From contig CAIQJJ010000419.1 of assembly GCA_903872065.1 (NCBI GenBank), positions 1-55,552 on the forward strand: a stretch of 55,552 nt of DNA, read 5' to 3'. The translations under genes and the position numbers were made by a program. The notes under the pieces were generated by a model, which made no database searches, had not been told where the DNA came from, and worked only from the letters and a program-made list of their open reading frames with translations. Shown here in pieces: positions 1-9,035 of this stretch; positions within the stretch are counted from its first letter, which is position 1, and every line of letters begins with the position of its first letter. This DNA is from an uncultured Anaerolineales bacterium. Lineage in GTDB: Bacteria; Chloroflexota; Anaerolineae; Anaerolineales; UBA4823.

Positions 1-173
1 AAGAGCGCGTCCACGTAGGGCAGCAGCGGCGCGGCGGCCTCGCCGGGGTGTTCCAGGCAGTGCGTCGGCCCTTGAAAATAACCATGATCCATCGCCAGAT
101 AGAAACAGCGTCCATCCGGCTTAATTGTTTTTGCGAGACGATTGGCCAATCCCCAATCCATAGTGCCTGACAT
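1..173 (-). CDS. Class I aldolase family protein (DhnA/FbaB/LsrF type, DeoC/LacD superfamily), N-terminal fragment running off the window edge
   Basis: Not in the ORF track because it is edge-truncated. My translation of the minus strand from the ATG at 173-171 is MSGTMDWGLANRLAKTIKPDGRCFYLAMDHGYFQGPTHCLEHPGEAAAPLLPYVDAL. The LAMDHGYF.GP block matches my recollection of DhnA/LsrF-type aldolase N-termini. AGGAGA SD at 186-181, 7 nt upstream of the ATG. Confidence 0.6.
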   Translation of the reverse strand, partial: MSGTMDWGLANRLAKTIKPDGRCFYLAMDHGYFQGPTHCLEHPGEAAAPLLPYVDAL

Positions 174-200
174 AGTTTATTCTCCTGATTTTGAAATGTT

Positions 201-416
201 TCAGGCTGCCTTGGGGCGGACGATCAGATAGCCCTTTTGGATCAGCCAGTGATGGAATTCGTAAGTGGTGTGGATGCAACTGCTCTGGCAGATGCCACGA
301 ATTTGTTGATACTCGGCGGAATCGGCCGGCGCGGCCTCCAGCAGAACCTGGATAGGACACGGCAGGTCTTTGCAGAATTCTCGCCGCTGGTATTCGATAT
401 AGTCTTCTAATGTCAT
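201..416 (-). CDS. Hypothetical small protein (71 aa, five Cys)
   Basis: ORF MTLEDYIEYQRREFCKDLPCPIQVLL...; it lies between the GH38 gene and the aldolase fragment on the same strand, and its stop is 28 nt upstream of the aldolase start. No family recognised. The competing ORF 121-360 overlaps the aldolase start and looks spurious. Confidence 0.45.
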   Translation of the reverse strand: MTLEDYIEYQRREFCKDLPCPIQVLLEAAPADSAEYQQIRGICQSSCIHTTYEFHHWLIQKGYLIVRPKAA

Positions 417-437
417 ACTCTTTTCCTCACAAAACGA

Positions 438-475
438 GACCTTTAGGGTTTCAGAAACCCTAAAGGTCTTTTTTT
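438..475. terminator. Perfect 14-bp hairpin (GACCTTTAGGGTTT cag AAACCCTAAAGGTC) flanked by a T7/A7 run
   Basis: Arms 438-451 and 455-468, with T-run 469-475 overlapping the GH38 stop codon (474-476). On the minus strand (the gene strand) the hairpin is followed by UCGUUUUGUG, so it could act as a terminator or attenuator after the GH38 gene. Confidence 0.5.
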
Positions 476-3032
476 ACAGCAGCACCTTGATGGTTTTAAT
501 CTCGAAAGGCCCAAAGGCCAGGGACAAACGCTGGTCTCCGCTTTCAACAGTGCAGCTTTGCTCCTCTTTTTCGATCAAATTGACCTCAAAGGCCTGGCGG
601 ATGGGCCAGGCCAGTTCCAGCGCCACAGTTTCGGCGGCGCGGCCTTCGGCCTCATACAGGCGGATGATCATGCCTCCTGGGCAGGCCTTGACGGCGGAGA
701 GGACGACTGAAGTGTTCTCTCCCTGCACCTGGATGAAGCTCATCTTGGGCGGCAGTTTTCCTGCGCGCCGGCCCGGCTTGTTGACGATCAGCGGCGTGTT
801 GAACTCCGCGCCGCGGCGGTAGGGTTGTTCGCTGCGCCAGTCGCCGCCGTGCGTCATTAGCGCATAGTCGAAGACATGCGTCTTCCCTTTTTCGTAGCCG
901 GCCTGCGTGATCGGCCCTAACTTCATGTCGCCGTAGCCGCCCTCCAGGATGGTGCATTTCAACAAGGAGAGCATCATCACGCCGTCCACCACGTTGTTGC
1001 CCGGCAGACCACGGTTCAGCAGCGTGACCCCATTTGCGGCGGAGGAATAGTCAATCCAGTTTTGCGCCGGGAACTCGCCCTCCGGACGCTGGATAGCGCC
1101 AAAGGGGATTTCATAAGTGATCTGTCCATCGCGGAGGCTGGTGGGGAGCGCCATGCGGTAGCGCACCTTTTCATCGTTGTTGACCAACGTGGTCTGGATG
1201 TCTATGCGGGGCAGGCCGGCATACAGCCGCACGCGCGTAGCAGACGTTCCCGTCCCAAACGGGATCGTGATCATGAATTCAACCATGGCGCTGCCGGCGC
1301 GGATATTGCCGTCGCCCTGGTAGTGGTGGGCGAAGTCGGTCTGGTTGGCCTGGAAGGACGGCAAGGGGTAACGCCCTTCCATGGGGTAAAAGGCGTCGCC
1401 TTTACAAGGGCCATTATACTGCCAGAAGTTCCCGTAGTCGCGCTCTTTCACCACCATGTTCCCCATGCGCAGATCGTCCGGTAAGACCTGCCACTGGCGG
1501 GTTTTGTCGAAAAGACTGGTGATCACACCGTTCCACAGATCGAACTCGATCTTGTAGAAGTCGTTCTCCAACCAGCCGTGATCGAGTTCAAAGCGCAAGA
1601 GGCCGCCGTTCGGATGGCTGACGCGCAGATCGGTCTGCGCGGCGGGTTCTTTGGCGCTGACCACGCGGTACACTTCATAGCCAAATGCCGGTACTTGCCG
1701 CGCAATGAAAAGCAGCTTTGCCCGCTTGAGACTGCCATTCGGAAAGCGTTCCGCCGTCAACAGGTCGCTGGGGACGCGCCTGCCGGACGAATCCAGCACT
1801 GCCAGTTCAAAAATGTCGGTGTTCGAAAAAGAGACCGTACATTCCACCGCGTCCGAGCGTTCCCAGCTGAGCGAGTTGAAGATGATCAGCGGCGTCCCCT
1901 CGCCGCGGGTGTCAATCTGATCGCTGAGCGCTTGCAGGCTGGCATCCAGGCTGGCTGAGGCGGAGGTTTGTGAGAACTTAAACCGATCCAGCGCATGCTC
2001 GAACACGGGGTCAATTTCTGCGCCGCAGATGATGTCATGCCCCTGGTTGAAAAGGACGCCACGCCAGGCCTCCCAGATGCGCTCCGCTTGGCTGGCCGCG
2101 CCGAAGCGCTGCGCAAGGGCGTCGAATTTCTCAGCGTTCAAAAGAAGCGTTTCCACCTTCCGGTTCCACTGCTTCACATCAATGCGCGCGCTGTAACACC
2201 CCTGGAAGACCGGGTTGAGGTCATCGGTGATGACGGGGAACTCGAAAGCGCCTTCCCCCTCACCGCAAGCCATCACCGCCCTGATACACTCAGAGGGCGT
2301 GGCCAATACCAATTCGTACTCATCCTGGCTGCGGTTGAATTCCTCGATGAGAGGGATTATCTGAGGCTCAGCCGGCGTCACATCAGCGCCCGCCGGCGCG
2401 ATCAGGTGCGAGGTAACGGCGCGCTCTTTGAGAATTTCGATGCGCTGCCGGGCGTAAGCCTGGAACTCGTGGAAATTGGCCGGCGCGAAATAAAAAACAG
2501 CATACGAGCGGTGCATCCAGTGGCAGAAAAGCCGGCTGCCGTCAATCCCCTGCCAGTAAAACTCGGAGGGGCTGCCGCGCTTCATCAAGCGCGAAAAAGT
2601 GGCATAATCGAAGCCGCACTTGCGCATCAACTGCGGAATCTGCGGATGATGGCCAAAGGGGTCAATCGGCCAGCCGGCGCGCACGTCCACCTGGAACTCG
2701 CGGGCGAAATAGTCTTTTCCATGCAGCGCATTGCGGATGAAGGATTCCCCATTCGGGATGTTCTCATCGGGCATCGAGAGCATCCCGCCCACAATTTCCA
2801 GCCGCCCTTCGGTGATCATCTGTTGGAGAAATTCTCTTTCTTCGGGGTAAGTCTTGAGAAAAGGCTCGACATAGCAGGTTTGATCGAGCGCAAACCTGAA
2901 GGATGGGGTAGACCTTAAAAGTTGCAGCGCGCCGATCAGATTAGCGTAGCCAATCTCCAGCGTGTCTTTTTCGACCATGAACACTTCAGCGTCATAGTGG
3001 CTGTGGGGCAAAATCCAAACCTTACGTTTCAT
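474..3032 (-). CDS. GH38 alpha-mannosidase, cytoplasmic (no signal peptide)
   Basis: KVWILPHSHYDAEVF near the N-terminus (GH38 HxHxD metal motif) and DPFGHHPQIPQLMRKCGFDY. I chose the start at MKRKVW (ATG 3032-3030) because GGAG lies 8 nt upstream. The ORF-track start at 3071 adds 13 residues and has no RBS. Confidence 0.9.
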   Translation of the reverse strand: MKRKVWILPHSHYDAEVFMVEKDTLEIGYANLIGALQLLRSTPSFRFALDQTCYVEPFLKTYPEEREFLQQMITEGRLEIVGGMLSMPDENIPNGESFIRNALHGKDYFAREFQVDVRAGWPIDPFGHHPQIPQLMRKCGFDYATFSRLMKRGSPSEFYWQGIDGSRLFCHWMHRSYAVFYFAPANFHEFQAYARQRIEILKERAVTSHLIAPAGADVTPAEPQIIPLIEEFNRSQDEYELVLATPSECIRAVMACGEGEGAFEFPVITDDLNPVFQGCYSARIDVKQWNRKVETLLLNAEKFDALAQRFGAASQAERIWEAWRGVLFNQGHDIICGAEIDPVFEHALDRFKFSQTSASASLDASLQALSDQIDTRGEGTPLIIFNSLSWERSDAVECTVSFSNTDIFELAVLDSSGRRVPSDLLTAERFPNGSLKRAKLLFIARQVPAFGYEVYRVVSAKEPAAQTDLRVSHPNGGLLRFELDHGWLENDFYKIEFDLWNGVITSLFDKTRQWQVLPDDLRMGNMVVKERDYGNFWQYNGPCKGDAFYPMEGRYPLPSFQANQTDFAHHYQGDGNIRAGSAMVEFMITIPFGTGTSATRVRLYAGLPRIDIQTTLVNNDEKVRYRMALPTSLRDGQITYEIPFGAIQRPEGEFPAQNWIDYSSAANGVTLLNRGLPGNNVVDGVMMLSLLKCTILEGGYGDMKLGPITQAGYEKGKTHVFDYALMTHGGDWRSEQPYRRGAEFNTPLIVNKPGRRAGKLPPKMSFIQVQGENTSVVLSAVKACPGGMIIRLYEAEGRAAETVALELAWPIRQAFEVNLIEKEEQSCTVESGDQRLSLAFGPFEIKTIKVLL

Positions 3033-3084
3033 CGCAACTGCTCCATGAGCGATGCAGGAACAAGTTTCCACTTGTCGCCCTGCG

Positions 3085-3663
<579 letters not shown>

Positions 3664-3684
3664 TTATCGGTTTCTGACTTATTC

Positions 3685-4884
3685 TCAGTCTTTCACTGTT
3701 TTATCGCACTCTTGCAGCGCTGCCTGAATCCTATCCACATCCAACGGATAAGTCCCAAATTCTTTGGCGACCTTAACCAGTTCAAAGATATTCTCGAAGG
3801 GCGTATCCCTCCCACACTGATCCCCGGTCGAAAGGACAAAACCGCCATTTTGCCCGGCGGCCAGGATGGCCTTCAAAGCTTCGCGGCGAACATCGTTCAC
3901 ACTTCCGAACAGCATGACCTGTGTTGTGTGAAGATTACCCATCAGCGCCAGTTTGTGACCAAATTTCTGCTTGAGTTCTGCCAGGTCGCAATCTCCCATC
4001 GGCGGAATCTCAAGCGGGTTGACGTAGTCCAAATCGGTTTCATTGGCGCAGGCTTCAACCAGGTACCTTTCTTTGCCGCACGAATGGATCCCGCATAAGA
4101 CGCCCGTCTCGCGGCAGCGCCTGGTGATCTTTTTCAAGGTGGGCAGGGTGAGCTTGCGGAACAGCGCCGGCGATTGCATGGTGATCGAGCCGCTGCCGCC
4201 AGTTAAGATCGACTCCACGCCGGCATCCAGGGCCATCTCCAACCTTTGCAGTTCATGTCGTTCGTGCAGTTCAACCAGTTCCTGGAATAAGTCTGGCATA
4301 TCATAATAGGCGTAGGTCAGCGCCTCGAGGTTGCCATCAAACAAACCGACGAAATTCTGAAACCCTGGCGGGGCGATATAGACGCAGATCATGCCAAGCT
4401 CGCCCATCAGCTTCTTTTGGCGGTGGTACTCACTGGCGTCGTACGATACCACTCCTGAGTAAAGATGGCGGATCTTCTTGAAATCCTCCTTGAAATTCTT
4501 GATCAGCTTTTCGGTCATGGTGGAGGGATTGTCGCGCGGGCTGACCTGGGTCTGGGTCAGGTCGCCGTCAGGAGTGTGAAGCGTGTGGCGCACAATCCAC
4601 TTCTCGGCGTCGCGCCAGATGACTTCCTTCTCGCTTGTCACATCGCTTTTCAATTTGAAATCCAGCGACCCGTTGAACATCCAACCGTCAATGCCAAAAA
4701 ACTTCACTGCATTGATGTAAGCCGTGGTCAGGGATGGATTGTCGTTGACCTCAATTTCCCAGAAAGGCCGGCCGGTCAACCGCGAAGGGATCATAATCGA
4801 GATGTCTGGGGTGGCTGGCACCCGGTCGGGCTGTTGATTGCGCAGGGCGGTCATGATTCGTTGCCTGCCAGTCATTGTCTCCAT
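3685..4884 (-). CDS. Uroporphyrinogen-decarboxylase (URO-D) superfamily protein, MtaA-like H-x-C-G subtype, function unknown
   Basis: N-terminus MTGRQRIMTALRNQQPDRVP is typical of URO-D-like proteins. It carries IHSCG and a later DQCG. Start set at METMTG (ATG 4884), with AAGGAG about 10 nt upstream and 7 nt after the upstream stop. The 39-aa N-terminal extension in the ORF track overlaps the kinase gene. Confidence 0.8.
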   Translation of the reverse strand: METMTGRQRIMTALRNQQPDRVPATPDISIMIPSRLTGRPFWEIEVNDNPSLTTAYINAVKFFGIDGWMFNGSLDFKLKSDVTSEKEVIWRDAEKWIVRHTLHTPDGDLTQTQVSPRDNPSTMTEKLIKNFKEDFKKIRHLYSGVVSYDASEYHRQKKLMGELGMICVYIAPPGFQNFVGLFDGNLEALTYAYYDMPDLFQELVELHERHELQRLEMALDAGVESILTGGSGSITMQSPALFRKLTLPTLKKITRRCRETGVLCGIHSCGKERYLVEACANETDLDYVNPLEIPPMGDCDLAELKQKFGHKLALMGNLHTTQVMLFGSVNDVRREALKAILAAGQNGGFVLSTGDQCGRDTPFENIFELVKVAKEFGTYPLDVDRIQAALQECDKTVKD

Positions 4885-4891
4885 AGCGCGG

Positions 4892-5884
4892 TTACTCCTT
4901 ATGTGAGAGCGCGTCGATCGGTGAAACTTGAACCTCCAACGTAGTAGTTGAAAGGAACGCCTCTGCCTGGGCGGCTGTAAACACCCCATCGGTGGTGCCA
5001 ATCGCGCGAATAGCCGAAGCGCCCAGGGCGCTGGCGTAGCGAATGATGGTTGGGATGTCCCATCCGTTCAATATGCCTGCTACCACGCCGGCGTCGAAGG
5101 CGTCGCCGCTGCCAGAGGGGTCTATCATCTCGCTAGGATAGATGCCAGCCTGCCAGCACGTGTTTCCCTGCCCGGCCAGCACACCTTTGCGTCCCAGGGT
5201 GATGAAGACTGTCTGCGCGCCCATCTTTAAGAAGACGCGCAATTGTTCGTGCGGGTCTGAGAGACCGGTCAACAAAAATGCTTCGTCGTCATTGGGCATG
5301 AAATAGTCGCTCAAGCGCAGCAGCGGCCCCAGGTCTTGGGGAATTGGTGAATTTTGAGGGATAACCACGTCCACCACAGTGATAACGCCATGTTCGCGGC
5401 AAAATTCCAACAGCCCCAAGAATTCATCCAGATGGAAAGCCGGCATCAAGAACAGGCCGCCCACATACAGGACTTTCAGCTCTTTGACCCAATCGCGGTT
5501 GATCTGCCCCACTGAGAATGCCTGGTTGGCGCCAAAAGCGTGGATATAACGCCGATCCTGCCCGGCGACCAGCAGAATGACGGTTTTACTGGTCGGGAAC
5601 TTGTCGGTATAGACGAGTTGTTCGCAGCCCACACCGTGTTCTTCCAGGCTGGCAAGCAGCACCCTGGCGGAAGGGTCAGCGCCCAGGCAGCCAGCGACAT
5701 CCACAGGGATGCCCTGTTTAGCCAGGTCAATCGCCACATTCGCCGCGCAGCCGCCGGCTTTGGTAGGCAGCGACTCTACGGCGAGAAGCTGACCTTCGCG
5801 CGGCAGTTCCGCCATCGGCCCACAAAATGTATCGGAAACCAAAATTCCAGCGCAGCCAACAGATGCTTTTGTTTGTTTTGTCAT
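4892..5884 (-). CDS. PfkB-family carbohydrate kinase (ribokinase/fructokinase-like)
   Basis: C-terminal DPSGSGDAFDAGVVAGIL anion-hole/ATP motif of the PfkB family. Start set at MTKQTKA (ATG 5884), 4 nt after the upstream stop at 5889. Confidence 0.85.
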   Translation of the reverse strand: MTKQTKASVGCAGILVSDTFCGPMAELPREGQLLAVESLPTKAGGCAANVAIDLAKQGIPVDVAGCLGADPSARVLLASLEEHGVGCEQLVYTDKFPTSKTVILLVAGQDRRYIHAFGANQAFSVGQINRDWVKELKVLYVGGLFLMPAFHLDEFLGLLEFCREHGVITVVDVVIPQNSPIPQDLGPLLRLSDYFMPNDDEAFLLTGLSDPHEQLRVFLKMGAQTVFITLGRKGVLAGQGNTCWQAGIYPSEMIDPSGSGDAFDAGVVAGILNGWDIPTIIRYASALGASAIRAIGTTDGVFTAAQAEAFLSTTTLEVQVSPIDALSHKE

Positions 5885-5888
5885 AGCC

Positions 5889-6779
5889 TTAAGCCTTTCC
5901 ACAACAACCGAGAATTTCGATGCGCTCCAGGATCGCATCCCTTACCGCCAGGCGACCAGCTACCAGAATGTCCTCCGCCCCACCCATGCCAAGCAGGCGG
6001 TGAGGGTTGGTCTCTTGGGTGTCCAACATCCGGCGCAGTGTCGCCAGGTAGCGTTGTTTGACGTAGGTGCCGTAATTGACCTTCACCACCCCCAACTGGA
6101 TCGCGGCCTTCAACGAATTGGCTTCGATGCCTGAACCGCCGTGCAGTCCCAAGGGAATATTCACCATTTTGCGGATTTGCGCCAGGCGATCGAGATCAAG
6201 CGCCTGCTGCCCGTTGACCAAGATATGCACATTGCCCACGCTGACCGAGAGCAGATCAACCCCGGTTTCGGCGACGAACCTTGCCGCCAGTTGAGGATCG
6301 GTCAATGAGCCATGCGCGCTATCCACCTCGCCGCTGGAGCCGTCCGGCAGCTCGCCAATCTCCGCCTCCACCGCCACCCCGCGCGGGTGGGCTGCCTCCA
6401 CCAGGCGGGCGATGCGCTCCTGATAATCTTTGTACGAGGCCTGCGGATCAGCCAACATCACCAGGTTAAAGCCGGCTGCGATCGCCTGGGCGATCCTCTC
6501 ATCCTTGGGGCATTCGTTGAAGACAAACCCGCATGGCACAGAAGCCGAGGCGGCTGCGGCGCGACCCAGCGCGCCGTACCATTCAACCCTATCCTCGGTC
6601 AATCGCCCTGACCGGCTGATAAACTCCCCACTGAAGCCGATGATAATCGGTGAGCGAGTCTGTTCCGCCGCATCTACCGCGCCTTGCAGCGACTCGATGT
6701 TCCAACTCTCAAAATAGCCCAGGGCATAACCGCCGGCGAGCGCTGCACGAAATAATTCATTGACTGGTGTAAGGGGCAT
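5889..6779 (-). CDS. Class II ketose-bisphosphate aldolase family protein (GatY/KbaY/FbaA-like), divergent active site
   Basis: It has EAEIGEL, SVGNVHIL and LGLHGGSG blocks like tagatose/fructose-bisphosphate aldolases, but VFNEC where HLDHH is expected. Start at MPLTPVNELF (ATG 6779) overlaps the upstream gene by 23 nt. Confidence 0.75.
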   Translation of the reverse strand: MPLTPVNELFRAALAGGYALGYFESWNIESLQGAVDAAEQTRSPIIIGFSGEFISRSGRLTEDRVEWYGALGRAAAASASVPCGFVFNECPKDERIAQAIAAGFNLVMLADPQASYKDYQERIARLVEAAHPRGVAVEAEIGELPDGSSGEVDSAHGSLTDPQLAARFVAETGVDLLSVSVGNVHILVNGQQALDLDRLAQIRKMVNIPLGLHGGSGIEANSLKAAIQLGVVKVNYGTYVKQRYLATLRRMLDTQETNPHRLLGMGGAEDILVAGRLAVRDAILERIEILGCCGKA

Positions 6780-7938
6780 TGATATTTTCCTTCGTTTGGT
6801 GAGATTCCCAATGTAGGCCATATTCTTCCGCCGCATCCATCACCGCTTGCAAATTTTGCAGCGGCGTCCCCGGGCAGACATTGGCGCCGTCGCCGAGCAT
6901 AAAACCGCCGCCAGGGCCCATGGCCTCAATACATTCCCAGGCTGCCTGTTTCACTGCCTGGTAACTGCCTTCCAACATCAACATCGGGTTGATATTTCCC
7001 CACAGGCGCACCCCGCTCAGGTTGGCAGCCGCGACTTTGGGCGGGACAAGATAGCCGAAAATGTCGAAATGAGTGATCTGCAAAGTATCCTTTAAAACCT
7101 GGTGCAGGTGGGTGCTGTCGCCGCACATGTGAACCGCCCTCACTTTTGAGCCAAATAAGCCAAAAAGCTGCTGGTCATAAGGCGTGCAGAACTCCTTGAA
7201 AAGCTTCGCCGACATAATCTGGGCCGAGTCCTCCGCCAGGCCATAGGCGTCGCCGCGCGGGCGAGGGTCAATCCGCCGGCACAGGTTTTCCGCCTCGATC
7301 TCGCCCTGGGTAATCTTGGCCAGGAATTGGTGACACTGCTCCGGGTACTCCAACATCCACCAATAAAAATCCTCGCCCACCAGGTCAACTGCCAGCATGT
7401 GCGGGCTGAGGCCGCCCATGCCCAGCGGACTCATCTCCACTTTTGCGGGCTGCCCGTTAAAGGTCAGGCGCGTCTCTTGGGCCCATTCTTTCATCTTCAG
7501 CCACCAGTCCACCGTCACCCCCCGCAAACCGGCATCCGGGCGCGCAACTTCAAAGCGCTCCATTTGCTCCACGTTGTGGATGACCGGGATGGCGCGGATC
7601 GGATTGTCGTCCGTCCATCCGACCTCCGCCCCCTGCCCGCTGGGAGGGATGGCGTTGTCGAAATAGGGATGGATGGAAATAGTCGGGGACTGGCAGAGAT
7701 CAGCGGCGATGTTTTCGATCTGAAATTTGGCAAACTGCAAGAGCCAGTAATACTGGGTTTCGGCGTCTTTGAAAAAGTCAATATACCGCAGACCGAACAA
7801 GGGGGCGAAAAAGCGCGGCACGACGCAGTAATTCACCGGCACGCGATCGACATACTGAAAGTTCTGCCTGGCCTCCATGCGCTTCCGGCTGAGTTCCATC
7901 TTTTCATAAGGGTAGTCAATATTTATCTCGAAACGCAT
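6757..7938 (-). CDS. URO-D superfamily protein, H-x-C-G subtype, function unknown
   Basis: 393 aa with VRAVHMCGDS and a later NVCPG. First gene of the minus-strand operon. Confidence 0.8.
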   Translation of the reverse strand: MRFEINIDYPYEKMELSRKRMEARQNFQYVDRVPVNYCVVPRFFAPLFGLRYIDFFKDAETQYYWLLQFAKFQIENIAADLCQSPTISIHPYFDNAIPPSGQGAEVGWTDDNPIRAIPVIHNVEQMERFEVARPDAGLRGVTVDWWLKMKEWAQETRLTFNGQPAKVEMSPLGMGGLSPHMLAVDLVGEDFYWWMLEYPEQCHQFLAKITQGEIEAENLCRRIDPRPRGDAYGLAEDSAQIMSAKLFKEFCTPYDQQLFGLFGSKVRAVHMCGDSTHLHQVLKDTLQITHFDIFGYLVPPKVAAANLSGVRLWGNINPMLMLEGSYQAVKQAAWECIEAMGPGGGFMLGDGANVCPGTPLQNLQAVMDAAEEYGLHWESHQTKENINAPYTSQ

Positions 7939-8006
7939 TGCTTTAAAGCGAACCTTTCATTGTCTTGCACTTTGGCTAAGGAACCAGAATTTTATAACTG
8001 TCCAAC

Positions 8007-8018
8007 GCAAACGTTTGC
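8007..8018. promoter_or_regulatory. Perfect 12-bp palindrome GCAAACGTTTGC (LacI/PurR-type operator look-alike)
   Basis: Lies 69 nt upstream of the 7938 start codon in the 7939-8207 intergenic region. The context ACGCAAACGTTTGCTT resembles the classic LacI-family CG-centred operator. A TATAAT (minus strand, 8075-8070) lies upstream of it. Confidence 0.35.
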
Positions 8019-8207
8019 TTAACGATGCAGCGTGGAAACATACTCAATTTTGTTTCAGGATTCCCCATGATTATACTTGGCGCGGGCATAAATTGCGTTT
8101 TCTACTTAAGGGGAAAAATCGCAATTTCCCACCCATCACTCCTCACTTATAAAGCCGGGCCGGCTTGCTCAACGGTGGCTTCGGTAATCTGGCCCAAATG
8201 GCGACCA

Positions 8208-9008
8208 TCAAAGATGACCTCCGCCGCGATGGCAATGCGAGGATAGGGGAAGCGATAAGAAGGAGGAATTTGGACGCGGCGGCGCGCCGTTCGACATCAG
8301 CTTGAAGAAGCTGGTCAAGTTGGCGCGCGTCTGCTGGATGGCGTTCTCCGCATCTTGCATCGGCTGACCGTGCGAAGGGCAGATCCAATGCGGGGCGCGG
8401 CGCGCCAGGTTGGCGAGCGAAAGAATCGCCGCCTCCACGCCATCCACTGCGCCGTAGTTGTACTGCATATCATACATCGTCTGGACTTTGCCGGCCGCAT
8501 AAAGCAGATCGCCAGTGAACGCCACCCGCCGCCCGTCAATCTCAGCCAGGAGCGTCAAAGAGCCGAGACTGTGGCCGGGGGTGGGAAGAACAGTGAACGT
8601 ATACCCCCCTGAAGACCAGGCGCTGAAATCCTCCAAGGAGCCGGCGACCGGCACATTGCGCGTCAGAGAATAATAGGTGTTGCGCACATTATACATATCG
8701 TATAACTGCTTGGCGGCCCAAATGCTCTCTGCCTGTTCGAACAGCCGGCGCTCATGCGCGGGAACGTAGATCGGAATGCCCGCTGCGACCGCTCGTCCAT
8801 CGCCCTGGCACTGATCGCGGTGATGGTGAGTATGCAGGATGGCGCTGACGCGGTTGACGCCGATCTCTCCCAAATGATCCAACACGGCCCCGCTGCCGAA
8901 ATCAATCAAGATCGCGGCGTCATTTTCGACCAGGGCATACACATTGCAGATATCTTCAAAGCACAGCAGATGATCAGAAAGATGCATCCACTCAAATTGC
9001 CTGTTCAT
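8208..9008 (-). CDS. MBL-fold metallo-hydrolase
   Basis: HTHHHRDQ (HxHxDH zinc motif) and a later PTPGHSLGS. GAGGAGG SD upstream of ATG 9008. Last gene of the ABC operon. Confidence 0.8.
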   Translation of the reverse strand: MNRQFEWMHLSDHLLCFEDICNVYALVENDAAILIDFGSGAVLDHLGEIGVNRVSAILHTHHHRDQCQGDGRAVAAGIPIYVPAHERRLFEQAESIWAAKQLYDMYNVRNTYYSLTRNVPVAGSLEDFSAWSSGGYTFTVLPTPGHSLGSLTLLAEIDGRRVAFTGDLLYAAGKVQTMYDMQYNYGAVDGVEAAILSLANLARRAPHWICPSHGQPMQDAENAIQQTRANLTSFFKLMSNGAPPRPNSSFLSLPLSSHCHRGGGHL

Positions 9009-9035
9009 AGGGCCTCCTCGCCGCTCATTTCTCGT

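Noticed and set aside
121-360. 79-aa minus-strand ORF overlapping both the aldolase start and the 201-416 ORF.
   Set aside because: It overlaps the well-supported aldolase N-terminus out of frame. Its composition is Arg/Gly/Ser-rich and it has no RBS.
3685-5001. Long N-terminal extensions in the ORF track (3685-5001, 4892-5938, 5889-6836, 11018-11911, 20042-21238, 38612-40381, 42422-44305, 45437-46348, 27622-28290, 474-3071).
   Set aside because: The extensions overlap the upstream gene or repeat DNA. An internal ATG/GTG with a Shine-Dalgarno sequence and a family-typical N-terminus gives compact operon spacing, so I used the shorter coordinates.
8019-8047. A TTGAGT-17-CGTTAA minus-strand promoter immediately upstream of the 8007-8018 palindrome.
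   Set aside because: The -10 hexamer is too poor (it lacks the TAnnnT pattern). I note only the isolated TATAAT at 8075-8070 and do not annotate a promoter.
8025-8246. 73-aa plus-strand ORF in the 7939-8207 spacer.
   Set aside because: It has no RBS and runs into the 3' end of the MBL gene on the opposite strand. The region is better explained as promoter/operator DNA for the 7938 operon.
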